Part shown: in pieces, positions 30,935 through 46,410 of the stretch
Layout: every line of letters begins with the position of its first letter
Numbering within the stretch: position 1 is the first letter of the stretch
Assembly (NCBI RefSeq): GCF_009914755.1
Contig: NC_060925.1
Source: the human T2T-CHM13v2.0 reference genome, Homo sapiens
Direction: 5' to 3' (one strand)
Length of the DNA stretch: 64,000 bases
The notes under the pieces: generated by a model
The model's database searches: none
Seen by the model: the letters and a program-made list of their open reading frames with translations, nothing else
What the model was told of the DNA's origin: nothing
Program-made: the position numbers and the translations under genes

Positions 30935-31084
30935 CAGGACTACTGCACTCCATGGTGCCATTGGCAGCTGAGGAGCCCTCGGGACAAGCTGGATAGCAGC
31001 GGCCCTTGTGCAGGTACAAGCCCTCCTTACACTTGGTGCAGAAGTTATGGCTGAAGCAGGCCTCACAGTGCTCGATCTTGCATT
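30935..31084 (-). CDS. RSPO1: RSPO1 furin-like repeat 2 exon ([19 protein letters not shown]...ECSSP)
   Basis: ctcag| acceptor, CTG|GTAAG donor, 150 nt; N-glycosylation sequon NGT. Confidence 0.98.
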
Positions 31085-32645
31085 CTGAGGAGAGGACAGA
31101 TTGGGGGCTTCTGGCCCAGCCTGGTGAGAATGTTTCCCCTCATCCCCAGCCCCAATACCCTCCCTTCTGTCCACACCCACCTACATGGAGGGCAGGACCC
31201 TGGCCTAGAGCTGCAGGTACTGCAGAGGAATCTTGGGAGGAAAGGGAAAGGAAGGGCAGTGGCAGGCCAGGGAAGAAGAAGCTGAAGCGGTTGCTCCTGA
31301 AGGCTGGCTGGGACTCTTGCCACCATCAGCCAACTCGATCATGAACCCAGTCTCAGTCCCTGCAGCCCAAGGTGAGGCTCAAGAGAGCAGTTTCAGAGGC
31401 GGAGGGTGGGGCCGTCTGGGCCTGGTGGGGGTGGGACAGGAGAGTTTCAGCATCTCACAGCATCCAGAGGGCCACCCTAAACAGAGTTGAACTGAGGGAC
31501 AGAATGGCCCCCCAGAGAGTGGCTGCATGATCTCTTCTTCCCTCATTGCTGGGCATCTGCAATGTCCCAAACTGTGGTTCTCCTCCTGCCTGGCAGAAAG
31601 AATCAGCATGGAGGAGGGGTAAGCCATCCCAGGGCAAATGCCTCTGCCTCTGCAAGGCTGAGTTCCAGCAACAACCTTGGTAGGACTCCTGGGTCCCTCC
31701 CTGATTCCCTGCTGCCAGTTCTCTCCTCTGGGGGAATGGGGGCAGGGTGGGTCTTCCAGGGCTTGGCTGGAAGCAGGCAGGGTCTTTCACAATCTCTCCT
31801 TCCCAGAGTGCAGGCGGGGCTGACTTCCTCCCAGGCTCTGCCACCTGAAGCCCATGCTGCCAGTTTCCTAGGAGCTGGTGTAGCCAGGAGCTCCCGACTT
31901 TAAGGACCATGAGGACCAAGAGGGTAGCTCCCAGGGTCCCACCTCTGTCCTCACAAACTCCCACCATCCTCCAGGCTTATCTCAGCCTCACCTCTCTCCT
32001 TCCCTCCTTCCTTCCCTCCCTGGTGCTCTGATTCCTGGGTTTGGTTGCCAGTCAAATAAGAACAAAAATAAGAACAATAGCAGCTACCATTCATTGAGTG
32101 CCAGACACTAAGGGCTTTACATGCATGTCTCACAACAACCCTAGGGGGTAAAAACAAAGATGAGGCATTGAGGGGTTGAGATGTGCTCAAGGTCACACAA
32201 TGAAGAAGTAGCAGAGTTGAGCTCAGAACCAACTCTGAGCTGGACTGGTCCAGTCTAGTCTTGGACCAGTCATTTACCCTCCGGGCCTGAATGTTGTCAG
32301 CCCTGAAAAGGGCACCATCAATTGTGTCCTGTCTCCCTCCCAGTGTTGTTGTGAGGCTCAACTGATATGAGACCTGCAAATGCATTCTAAATGGCAAGGC
32401 ACTGAACAAGTGGTGGGGGCACTGGCATTGTCCCCCGAGTGTGTTCACACGTGTCCCCCAGCACATCACAGCTGCATCTACAGAGAAGGGATGGAGATAT
32501 GGTAGCGTGTGCCTTGGAGCATGTGGAGCTGTAGCTGTTGTGGAAATGAGGAGTCAGAAGACCAGGGAGAGAAGAGAGTGGAAGAGCAGGCTGCCTGGGC
32601 TTGGATTCCCCTGCAGCCCATGTGGAGCTAGCAGTGGTTTTTAAG

Positions 32646-32777
32646 CAGAAGTGTGATGGGATAGGTTGTATGTCTCAGAAATGTGATGGGATAGGGATAG
32701 GTTCTGTGTCTCAGAAGTGTGATGAGATAGGTTGTGTGTCTCAGAAGTGTGATGGGGTAGGGTGTGTGTCTCAGAAG
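32646..32777. repeat. Minisatellite, ~30-bp unit x4 (CAGAAGTGTGATGGGATAGGTTGTGTGTCT)
   Basis: Units start at 32646, 32676 (36 bp), 32712, 32742. Confidence 0.92.
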
Positions 32778-33234
32778 CGTCTTTCTGGCTGAAGTGCAGA
32801 AGATGGGTTTCAGGGAACCAGATGAAGGCTGGAGGACAGATGAACAGGCTATTGCAATGATCCCGGAGCAAGGTGCTGGGAGCCTGGGGAGGACAGTGGC
32901 AGTGTGGACATACAGGAGATGACAGGCAGGCTTTGGTGATTGGATGGATGGGGTGGGAGAGGTTGGCACTCAGGGCTGTGGCTTGGGTGACAGGTTGGGA
33001 CATGGAGGGTGACCTCTGGGAATACAGGTAGGGGCAGGTGCGAAGGGAGGAGACAGGGTTCTGATATTTACACACCAAGGTGGAAGTGTGCGGCTGGATA
33101 CTTGAATCGGAGCCTCATCTCCTCTCCTCAGAGCCCCCTCTGCTCCTCTTGCCAGCCACCAATGGTTCAAAGCACTCTCCCCCAGTCCAGAGCTTCTAAT
33201 ATCCCCTGCCCCCGACAGCCCTGCCCACACTCAC

Positions 33235-33426
33235 TGATGCACTTGTTCATGTCGGGGTTGCGGGCGTCGAAGTATCCAGGTGGGCAGGACGGCAAGCAGA
33301 CGCCCACCTGGCGGATGTCGTTCCTCTCCAGCAGGATGAACAGCTTGGGTGAGCACTTGAGGCAGCCGTTGACTTCAGAGCAGAGCTCACAGCCTTTGGC
33401 ACAGGCCTGGCTCCCCTCGGCACTGA
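33235..33426 (-). CDS. RSPO1: RSPO1 furin-like repeat 1 exon ([25 protein letters not shown]...NKCI)
   Basis: tttgcag| acceptor, TCA|GTGAG donor, 192 nt, Cys-rich FU1 pattern. Confidence 0.98.
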
Positions 33427-33898
33427 CTGCAAAGGTGGAGCAGGCATGAGAAGGCGGCTGTGGAGAGAACCTCACCTATCCAGATTCTGACAAGGATGGG
33501 AAGTGAATAGATCGATGTTTCCTTCCACAGAAGGAATATGCTTCTCAGAAAGCACCGGCCAGGCTGGCAGCTCTCTGCAAGGCTGCTTTATACACCTTCC
33601 CAGTAGCTTTTCTCCAGAGAGCTAGCACAGATGCTGACCCATGTGCTTCCCTAGCTCCAGACACGACACGAGTTCACTCTCTAGGCTGGCTCCACCATCC
33701 CCAGAGAAGCAACCCAAGCTGCAGCCTTCCTGGAATTTATCCACTCTCCCCAGAGCACAAAACAGTCAGCCTTAGTTGTAGAAGGAGGGTTTCTTAAATT
33801 TCTGAGAAAGTTTTAAGGGCAAGAGGGATAAATAGTGAAATAGAAAAGGACCACCTACCCAGAAACACAAAGACAATTGGAATAATCTATGCCTAGAA

Positions 33899-34490
<592 letters not shown>

Positions 34491-35690
34491 TCAAGATCTT
34501 TGATCTCACTTACTTGTTTAATCCTCATAGAGGCCCTTCCATGGACCTTGTGCAGTGTGAGCCCTGGGGACAGAGGTGTATAAGCCACTCTGTAGAGGAA
34601 CTGATCTTTCAGTGGAGCAGACAGACCACAAATAGGTGAATGCTGACAGCCACAAGGCCAAGCAATAGTGGACCCAAAAGAAGGAGGGAAACAAGCCACA
34701 AAGGAGGTGTCACTGGGGACAAGTCTTAGATAATTTGTACAGATTTGTCCTTTAGGAAGTAGAATTAAGGGCACTCAGGGAGCAGGACCACAGAGGTGTA
34801 AAACTAGGGAAAGGCAGAATTGCAGATAACTTGGGGTGGAGATGGGAATGGGAGGGGACTGGTGAAAGATAAGGTTTTCTATCTTTATATCATGCTAAGG
34901 AACTTGAACTTGAGCCTGCCAGATGGCATTTCCCAAAAAGTATTCCTTACAACTTGATTCCCCCAACTATGAATAGGAGAATGTGGAGAAAGGCTACTGT
35001 GTCATGTAAGTCCAGGAACCAGTGGGTCAAACAAATCTAAACAGATTTCTTTACTGCAGGCCTAATGGAAGCTTTATTACTCTCCTGTGCACAGTGACTC
35101 TCTGAGGGGGGACAGAGTGAACTGCATTTCCCAAGCATTTTGGCCACAGAACACTTGTTTCAGGACCTTCTCAGACTGTTTAGACATCAGGGAACCATTA
35201 GAACATATTAAGCAGGGATGAGACCTGGCCCAATTTACATGTTGGGAAATTTTCTCTGGTAGCCAGGGTGGAGACCAGAGATGGAAGAACTGTTTGGGAG
35301 GAAGCTGACTAGATCATCCAGGTGAGAAAAGTGAGAAAGTCTCAAAATTATGTTCCACAGGGATAGAGGGAAAAAAGACAGATTTGAGAGATGCTTAGGA
35401 AATGCAACCAGTAGGCCATCGTGGCTGACAGGCAGAGAGGAAAGAGGCATGGGGAGGAGCCTGGGGTGATTCCCAGATGTTTGGCCTGGGGTGTGGGTGA
35501 GCTGTGGGGCCAGACGTGAAAAGAAGCCCATGGCAAGAGAAGCGAGTTGAGAGGGAAGGAGAGGAAGGAAAGTAGTTACATTGAGTGGAGATGGGAATGG
35601 GAGTGGAGTGGTGAAAGTTAAGGTATCCTGTCTTTGTATCATGCTAAGGAACTTGAACTTGATCAAGAAGGGCAACAAGAGCCAGGCAGC

Positions 35691-36000
35691 GGCCGGGTGC
35701 AGTAGCTCACGCCTAGAATCCCAGCACTTTGGGAGGCTGAGATGGGTGGATCACCTGAGGTCAGGAGTTCAAGACCAGCCTGGCTGACATGGCAAAACCC
35801 CATCTGTACTAAAGATACACAAAATTAGCTGGATGTGGTGGTGGGCACCTGTAATCCCAGCTACTCAGGTGGCTGAGGCAGGAGAATCACTTGAACCTGG
35901 GAGGCAGGGGCTGCAGTGAGCTGAGATCGTGCCACTGCACTCCAGCCTGAGTGACAGAGCAAGACTGTCTCAAAAGACAAAACAAAACAAACAAACAAAA
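35691..36000 (+). mobile_element. Alu (S-like)
   Basis: Full-length, TSD aagagccagg. Confidence 0.93.
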
Positions 36001-36462
36001 GAGCCAGGGAGAGAGGAGCTGCAGATACAGGCAGAAGGCAGAGAGCTGGGAAAATCAGAATAGAGATGGTGGGAGGTGGTGCAGGGTAGTGGACCCAGAG
36101 CTCAGGCTTCAGAGTCATCAGGACCCAGAGCCAGATTCCCAGTCTGGGAAGCTGGGCAAAATCCTGGATGTCGTGTGCTTCCCTGAAAAGGGGAGATAAG
36201 GATGTCCACTCCGGACAACTGCTGGAGTGAGTCTATGCTGCAGGAATCATTCCTGGTTTCAGAACAGGAGAACATGGAGGAGTTAGGAAGGAGAGCAACC
36301 GAAGGAAGGAAGATGATAACAAACACCAAACCATCACAATAACACAGTAATAACCACAATGGCGGCAGTGTGTTACTAAATGTTGAGCACTTACTCTGTG
36401 GCAGGCAATGTTCTCAGTGCTTGACAAGTATTAACTCATTTAATCCTTACAACAACCCATGA

Positions 36463-36798
<336 letters not shown>

Positions 36799-36950
36799 CT
36801 ATTATGCACATTTTTATAGATGAGGGAATGGAAAGGTAAATTACTTGAATAAAATTTCTCAGCCAGTATGTGTTTCAGGCAGAGCAGACAAAGTATAGGG
36901 AGCCCAGGGTAGGACAATATGAGGTGGCATGGAAACTAAAAGTGTGGTTA

Positions 36951-37415
<465 letters not shown>

Positions 37416-37879
37416 ATGATAAAAATAAAAATCACGATCATTCTTATTGGTATAATCATTGTATGAGCAAAAATACTCCAAATGCGGCATTGAAGTTATG
37501 AGGGAGTCCTTTGGATTATTTTTCTATTCTGGGTCTTTATTCAGCTGTGTTACAAATTCACGAGTCATTATAGATTTTAGGCACCACTTCCACTTCAAAG
37601 ATATTAAATTGTCTATGACTCACTGTTTTGATTTAATTCATTGTTGACATGAATGCGCCTTCTAGGTTTCTGCCTTAGTTTCAGTAATGGCAGTGATCCC
37701 GGCATCCCATTTGCAGCCCTCTCAAGCGATGCTGCCATACTCATTTATTCCTTCATTATCACCTGTGTTAAGAACAGGTTTGCAAAAGGCGCCCTTTCAG
37801 ATCTGCTGCCCACCTTCCATTCCACTAGCAGCAAGTCCCTGTGTGCATTTTTCTTCAGCACCATCAATGGCACCGCAGA

Positions 37880-39700
37880 GAAAGTATGGCACACCCAGGG
37901 AAGGGAATCTGGAATCAGGTCAGCATGGTGGGAGCCTGGAGCGAGTGATGAGGCGGGAAGTTGGAGAGGGAAGCAGGGGCTGGATGAGGAAGGGTCTTAA
38001 GCCTGGATGAAGGAGTTCACACCCTATCCTGAAGGTCAGAAGGAATCAGTGGGAGGTTTACAACAGGAGACACAGTCAGGATTCTATTTTAGAAAGATCA
38101 CTCCGTAGAGTGGTGAATGGATTTTCCGAGGGCAAGAGTGGAGACAGGAAGACTCCCAGGCTAGAACTCCAGTCCAGGAGAGCTGGGCTGAGCCAAAGAG
38201 AGGGGAGGGAGTAGACACACGTGAGATGGTCAGGCGGCAGGGTCAACAAGACAGGGTGATGCATTCAACAAGAGGGGGTGAGGGGCAGGGGCAAGGTGAC
38301 CTCGAGATGCTGGGCTTGTGTAACAGCCCTTCCCTGGGAGAGGGACCACAGGAGGAGGAGGGGGTTCGGGTGGGAAAATGACGAGTAGCTAAGTATTAGA
38401 CATGTTGAGTTTGCGGTTCCTGTGGAACATCCAGGGAATGATGTCTATTAGGCAATTGAACACATGGGTCTGGAACTCAAGAGAACTATTTTGGCTGGAG
38501 ATTGAGACGCTGAGTTCTTTTTTCTTTTTTCTTTTTTCTTTTTTTTCTTTTAAGAGTTTTTTTTTTTTTTTAAGAGATGAGATCTCACTGTGTTGCCCAG
38601 GCTAGACTGCAGTGTCACAAACGTAGCTCACTGAAGCCTCAAACTCCTGGGCTCAGGTGATCCTCCTGCTTCAGCCTCCTGAGTAGCTACAACTACGGTC
38701 ACATGCCACCGTGCTTGGCTAAGAAGAGGTGGAGTTCTTAACATCGAACAGTCATCAAAGGCATGCCAGTCCATGAGGTGGCAAGAAGAGTGGGTCTGGA
38801 GAGTGAGAAGAGGAACTGGACATTGAAGAGAAGGACGGAAAAGTCTTTAGTCCACTCAGAGGCAGAGGAGGAGCCAACAGACAGGCAGGAGACACTGAGA
38901 AGTATATAGCATCATGGGAGCCCAGAGAAGAGTACACTCAGAAGAGAGAGGCATCAACACGACAATTGCTTCTGAGATGTCATGTGAGCCCAACCTGGTG
39001 GTGGCGACCTGGTAAGTGTAGTTTTGGTGGGGTGGTGGGGTGGACAGCAGGAGGCAGTTGTTCGGCAGTGAAAGGAAGGTCAGGAAGTAGAGAGAGGAAA
39101 TAGCGCCCCCTCTTTCAAGAAGTTGACTGTTGGCTGGCATGGCGGCTTGTGCCTGTAATCCAGCTGAGGCTGGAGGATTGACTGAGTCCAGGATTTCGAG
39201 GCTGCAGTGAGCTAAGATTGAGCCACTGCACTCCAGCCTGGATGACAGGGCAAGACCCTGACTCAAAAAAAAAGAACCTGATAGTTAGATCTGTGGGAAC
39301 AGAAGAGCCTGGATGGTGCCTCAGGCAACACCTGCATTCAACAGCTAGGCAAGAGGAAGGGGAGCTTGGGAAAGAAGTGGAGAAGGATCCTTGGATAGCT
39401 GGGAGGAGACTGAGAGACAGAGGTGCCAGGAATAAGGTTGAAAAGGGAGAGATCTTCAGGGACCAGGGCTGGGAGGAGACAAGGCCAGTGAGCTCTGAAA
39501 CAAATCTGCAAGACTTGACTCTCAGTGATCATTGATTAGGTGACCTTGAGAAGGGCAGTTTTGGTGGAGAGGTGGAGATGAGAGCCAAACCACAGTGGGC
39601 TTCGGAGTGAGTGGAAGGGAAGGAGTGGAGATAAAGCCAGGAGGGTGACAGAGAAAATCAGAGATCACAGACAGAGAAGGGGAAAGCATGGCTGGGGATG
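37880..39700 (-). mobile_element. Decayed L2 with inserted Alu fragments (- 38515-38720; + 39132-39275)
   Basis: ttttagaaagatcactc...gtgaatggatt; gacatgttgagtttg; ggtgaccttgagaagggcagtttt. Confidence 0.65.
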
Positions 39701-40364
39701 GGGAATGTGATTACAAGACTCAGAGGCAGGGGACATTGATGGAGTAGAGACCCGAGGACACGAGGAAATGGGAGCATCAAGACACAGGGCTCAGATGCTA
39801 AAGCTGGCCTTGGTTAGGAGGAGGGACCAGGGGGTCAGGTAGCTGAGCTCCATGAGGGTTTGGGGGCTCAGAAGAGGAATGGGGGCTCAGTGACAGGCAG
39901 GGTCAGTTCAATAAGGAAAGGGGTGTTTATCAAGGGGGACAGGAAGCACAGGATGTTCTCAGCTCAGAGAGGCAGTGAGGGGATGGGGGGAGAGGAGAGG
40001 GGGCTCGACAGTAAGAATGTGCCCTTGAAGGAAGGGTCCAAGGAAGACGGTTCATATTTGGGGGAAATGCATAATGATTCAGAGCAGGAAAACTAAGTCT
40101 CATTTATTTCACAGATATTTACTGCACACCTCACAGGTGCTTAGGGCTACTAGGAGCTGGAACGTGGAGGTATAGCCACAAAAGCCCACCCGGGACGAGG
40201 GAGGCAGGGCTGGTTACATATCTGGATGTAGAGAGGCAGAGGGCACTCCCTGACCCAGAAGCCTAGGGGAGGAGGGTGTTCCACACAGGAGGAACAGCCA
40301 GTGCAAAGCCTCCGAGGCACTGAATATCCTGGATCGACCATGGCATGGAAAATAGGGCTTTATA

Positions 40365-41025
<661 letters not shown>

Positions 41026-42283
41026 AAGGAACAAAAGCAAGAAATTTCCCTCCTGCTGCTGCCTGTTATGGGGGGTGTGCAGGGCAAGCGGCCTTGCAGG
41101 GCTGTAAGCCTGGCTGAGGAGGCCGGGTGGACTCAGCGAGGGCAAGGGGTGCTTGTGGGGGAGGGAGCCTCCTTCCTGACTTCTTCAGCACCCCCAGCTC
41201 TGCCCTCCCCACAAACCACCATCCCCCCCAACCCCACCTCCCTCAGCTCCCAAGCACCCTGCTCTCCAGCCCACTTCGCTGAGCTAGCAGAGCAAGGCTG
41301 TGCCCTCAATTCCCCCTCTTCTAGTCTCCTTCATCCTACGCAAAGCCCTTTTAAGTTGCTGTGGCTATGATGAGGCACTGCTCCAGGGCAGCTCAGCCCC
41401 ACACTCCTTGAAGAATGGTTCTGGATCGCTGCCCCTCCCCGCTAGGGGCTTCACTTCTTCCAGTTCCCAATTTCTTCATCCCCAGGAATCTTTCTTAAAC
41501 TAAAAATCTGATGGTTTTACACCCCATCCTATTATCTATCAATAGCTCCCTATCACCTACAGAATTAAGACCCAGCTCCTTGCCTGACCTTAAAAGCTTT
41601 TGTGGGCCCATCCCATCCACCTTACCCCTCAGCACCACTCCTAAGCAATATCAAACCATTTTTGTTTCTCTGGACATGTCGCACTATCTCACACCTGTGT
41701 GCTTTTGTTCAAGTTGGTCCTTCTGCCCAGAACACTCTCCACCTCCTCTTGAGCCTGACCAACTCCCTCAAGCCTCAGAACTAAAGTCACCTCCTCCAGG
41801 AAGTCTTCCTGATCTCACCTCCCTGCAAAGTCTCAATGGAGTATTTCTCTGTGTTACCACACCCCTAGTACTTGAATCTGTCATGGTGAACGTCACCTTA
41901 TATTGTTATTATCTGCTAACATGTCTTTTTCTCTCACTAGAAAGAGCTTTGGCAGGCAGAGCCCATCACTTCTGAATGGGAGCTCAGTAAAGGATAAGGC
42001 TCCACAAGGGTATAAGGTTGAGGATATGGTGAATGAGACAGAGGCTTGAGATGAGGGGTGGTGTATGGATGGATCTTAATGAAAATTCACTACAGTGGAG
42101 GGACCAGGATGGAACATGGATGAGGGACTCAGGTGGGATGGGTTAGGGACAGTGGTGGGTGGAGAGAACTCACCGTGACCCAGAGAGTGATAATCTTGGT
42201 TTTGGGGTGGAATCTAGTCTTGGAGGAAATGGGTTTGGTAAGAGAGACCTGAGTTCAGTTGGCGAGGGTAGGAGGATAGGTAG

Positions 42284-42731
<448 letters not shown>

Positions 42732-44153
42732 AGACCCAGGATTCTTTAGCTCAACTGTGAGCTTACTTTAGATCCTCACTTTTTCTTACCTGGGCTGTTT
42801 GCTTCCCGCCTCAAGCCACCTCCCCCACCCTCTATGCAGCTGGGCTCTGGGCTCCTTGATGAAAGCCTCAGTAGCTCCTCACCCACTGTAGCTGGAGTCA
42901 GGCCAAGTCCAAACTCCTCAGCCTGGCAGGTGAGAAGAGCTTAATAACCCGACCTCTACCCTGCAGCATCTTCTCCCCGGACCCTCCCCTCAGCCCCAGA
43001 CAGCTTCCTTGCTCGATCCCAGTAGGTTCTGGATGGCTTGTTTAGCGGCAAAACACTTCTTTCCAACAGAAAAAATATGAGCACAGCTTCTCCAGTGGAA
43101 ATCCTAGGGCTCTCCAGAACCCCCTTGATAATTCATTTCCCCAGCTACTCCTAGCTACACCCCACTTCCTAAAGGAACACTCTATGCCTCCTCCCAACTC
43201 CCCGGGGCTGTCCATGCCCTCGGGTTTTCTCCTGTGCGGCATTCCCGAACTGGATTGACATTTTGTCTTCCCCCACTCGCTTGCGGGCTCCTCGAGATTC
43301 ATCTCTGTGATCAGGGCCAGCTTGCAGGATCTCAATGAACATTTGCAGAATGACCCAAGGAAGGACTGGGGATTCAGTGAGGGATGAGGGACTGTAAGGC
43401 TGTCAGTGCAGCAGGGGTAGAGGCTCCAGATGGAGGATGGGGCAGTGAGAAGAGGCACAAAGGGGGCTCCTGGCTTCTGGAGAAGTCAGGGCTCAATGAA
43501 GGAATGATGGCTTCCTGGGAGGCAGGACTGAGAGAGGGGGCCCAAGAATCAGAGAGGAGAAGGGGCTCAGGAAGGAGAATTACTCAGTGCGAGGGATGAG
43601 TGGGAATGAGGGCTCAGGAAGGTGCAGGGACCCCAGATCAGGGGTGAGGGCTAGCAAGAAGACAAGGGGCTTAGTGAACAGGAGTTCAGGGAGGGGCAGG
43701 GTCCTCAATGAGTGGAGGAGGGGAACTTCAAGGGGACTTCACCACTCACAGCTAAAGAGAAGTTCTTTGCTCAACTTTTCTCGCTCCATGCAGGCAGACC
43801 ATCACTCAGACTCCGAAATCAGACATGGCTTCAAAACTAGTGTATAATAGCTCAGAATGAGATTTAGATTGAGTGGCTTCTGGTGGCCCTCCTACCCTGC
43901 AGCCGAGGACTGTCAGCCAGAGTCAACAACCCTGAGGCTCATACACAGCACACCTACCCCTGCCCCGAGGTCCACCCAGTGCCCTTCCACGCTTGTCTTA
44001 TCGAGAGGCCAGGCACACACAGCTGTCTTGGTCTTCCTTCTTCCCTTCCCTACTCCCCCAGAATCAGTAAGGCAAAATGGTCTACACATTGTTTATATAA
44101 CAATGATTTGCACCCAGAGTCTACACAGAACTTGATGTTTTACAAAGGTGTTA

Positions 44154-44443
<290 letters not shown>

Positions 44444-45974
44444 TATATATATATACCTATTATCTCATGTAAGCCTTACTATCCTCCTATACATTGCATT
44501 TCAGCTTCCTGATTGCGATGACTATGGCTATTACATAACAAGTATTGACAAACAGCACAACCTTCATCCCTCCCTGCACCCCTGAGCCTGTCTCCACACC
44601 TCTCCCCACCCTTGCCTCTTACCATCAAGGATGTCTGTTACTCACATCACTTGGTAATGAAAACTGGCTCATGTGCTGCCACGGCTGTTAGATGTGGCCA
44701 TATGAAAAGCGAGCAAGCACGTCAAAATTGGTGCAGGAGATTCGCCATCGCTAGGACCAGGCCCTTTCTGATGCCAAGTCTAGTACTTCTTTCCTTTTTA
44801 ATACAACAGACTTGAACTCAGGTCCTGTGACCTCTGGTTTAGCCAGGCATGAGGCTCTGCATGGGTGAGGGTCAGCGTTAAGCACATGTACACATTGCAT
44901 GAATGTGAATGGTTCCTCCCATTCTCTCTCTCTCTCTGTCTCTCTCTCTCTCTCATTTCGGAAATAGAGGAGACCGATTATAAACCGCTAAACCGCATCT
45001 GGCCCATGGAGTCCAAAATACTGGCCACAACAGATGAGAAGGGAGGAAAATCAAGGCCTTGCTGCTGATTAAACCTAACCGTCTCTAATTGTTTGTTAAG
45101 CCAGGGATTTTCAGCTTCACCAATTCTCTGAGCTTCTCTCCCTGGGCTGAGTCCTGGCCTTGGCTGCTCCCGTGGAGCCCCAGCAAAACCCCACTGCTTT
45201 TCAGCCTTCACTGGGGGGCCTCCGTCTGCAGGGAAACATGAAGCAAGAGGGAGCTGGGCTAGACTTCAGGAAGATCTCCTGCCTGTGGGTGTGGCATCTT
45301 CTCATGCGGGATGTCAAAAGACAGATGAGGACTTGGGACTCTGGAGTCCCCCACCATCTCCCTCGTGTGGGCCCCTCACACACAGTGGCCACCCCTACAG
45401 CACTGGGGCCCCATCACTGGAGACCTTAAGCAGAGGCTGAGGAGTGCCTATCAAGGGGCTAGGGACAGATTACCCTTGACCTCCATCAAATTCGGCTTTC
45501 AAGAAGACTGGGCCCACAGGCATTGGGAGACCTGGGTTCCAACATCAACTGTATCTCCTTAGACCTGTTTCTTCCCCTTTCTTAGCATGTGTACAATGAT
45601 AGGATTTTGGTTTTCTTTTTAAGCTATGAGAACCCTCTCTTCCAACGACTTCTTATGTGGATGCTCATTACCAAAAGCAGGGAAAAGTGAGACTGCTCTG
45701 GTTTGAAGCGTGGTCGGGCCAGACCCCTGCCTGCTTGTCTCCCCTTCGATGCCACTGTAGCTCCCTGAATCCCACTAGGCATGGTTTAAAAGCCACAGCA
45801 GTGGACAGTCTCCTGACCCTCCCTACTCCACTGTTCCTGCCCTATGATCTGGGCAGGGGAAGCCCTGTTACCCAGTGCTAAGTTGTGCAGAGCTCCTAAC
45901 CCAAAAGGGTTGATGGCTGCACTTTAGCCAAAAAAGGAGCCCCAGGGCAGGGGGATTGGGGAAGCATCTCCATG

Positions 45975-46200
45975 GATACCACACAAAGCTGGTGTTATGT
46001 CAAAGCACATAATCCACAAAGGCATAATCCACAAACTGGATCCTCACAAGAGAGGGGTTAATCTAGAAAGCAGAGTCTACAAAGGGGAAAACAGACAAAG
46101 TGAGTCATCTACAGAGTGGGTAATCTCAGCAAATTAATCCACCAATTGAATAATCCACAAACAGGATCATCTACTGAGTGATCTACAAAGCTATAATAGA
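45975..46200. repeat. Degenerate tandem array, core ~TAATCCACAAA / ATCTACAAAG
   Basis: TAATCC at 46010, 46025, 46135, 46151; TAATCT at 46059, 46121; further TCTAC(A) units between. Confidence 0.7.
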
Positions 46201-46316
46201 TAGAGTGGAACTCTGCAAGGGTCATCATGGAATAAAACTCCTGAAGACCCCTAGTTCCTGGGTGGCCCCCTCCCATTCCCAAGGCCAGCTGTGGCCCACC
46301 ATGCTCCATTACTCAC

Positions 46317-46410
46317 TCCGCCTCTGCCTTTTCCCCTTGATCCCCCGGCTGCTGATGGTGAGGTGCGTCCAGCTCAGAACCAGGGCCACCACACACAGCC
46401 CAAGCCGCAT
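46317..46410 (-). CDS. RSPO1: RSPO1 first coding exon: signal peptide and basic RQRR site (MRLGLCVVALVLSWTHLTISSRGIKGKRQRR)
   Basis: ATG at 46410, GGA|GTGAGT donor, 94 coding nt; whole exon 46317-46698 with acceptor cttccctgacag|. Confidence 0.97.

Noticed and set aside
32646-32777. Repeat array as a possible CRISPR
   Set aside because: Head-to-tail units with no unique spacers, no cas genes, and a mammalian context.
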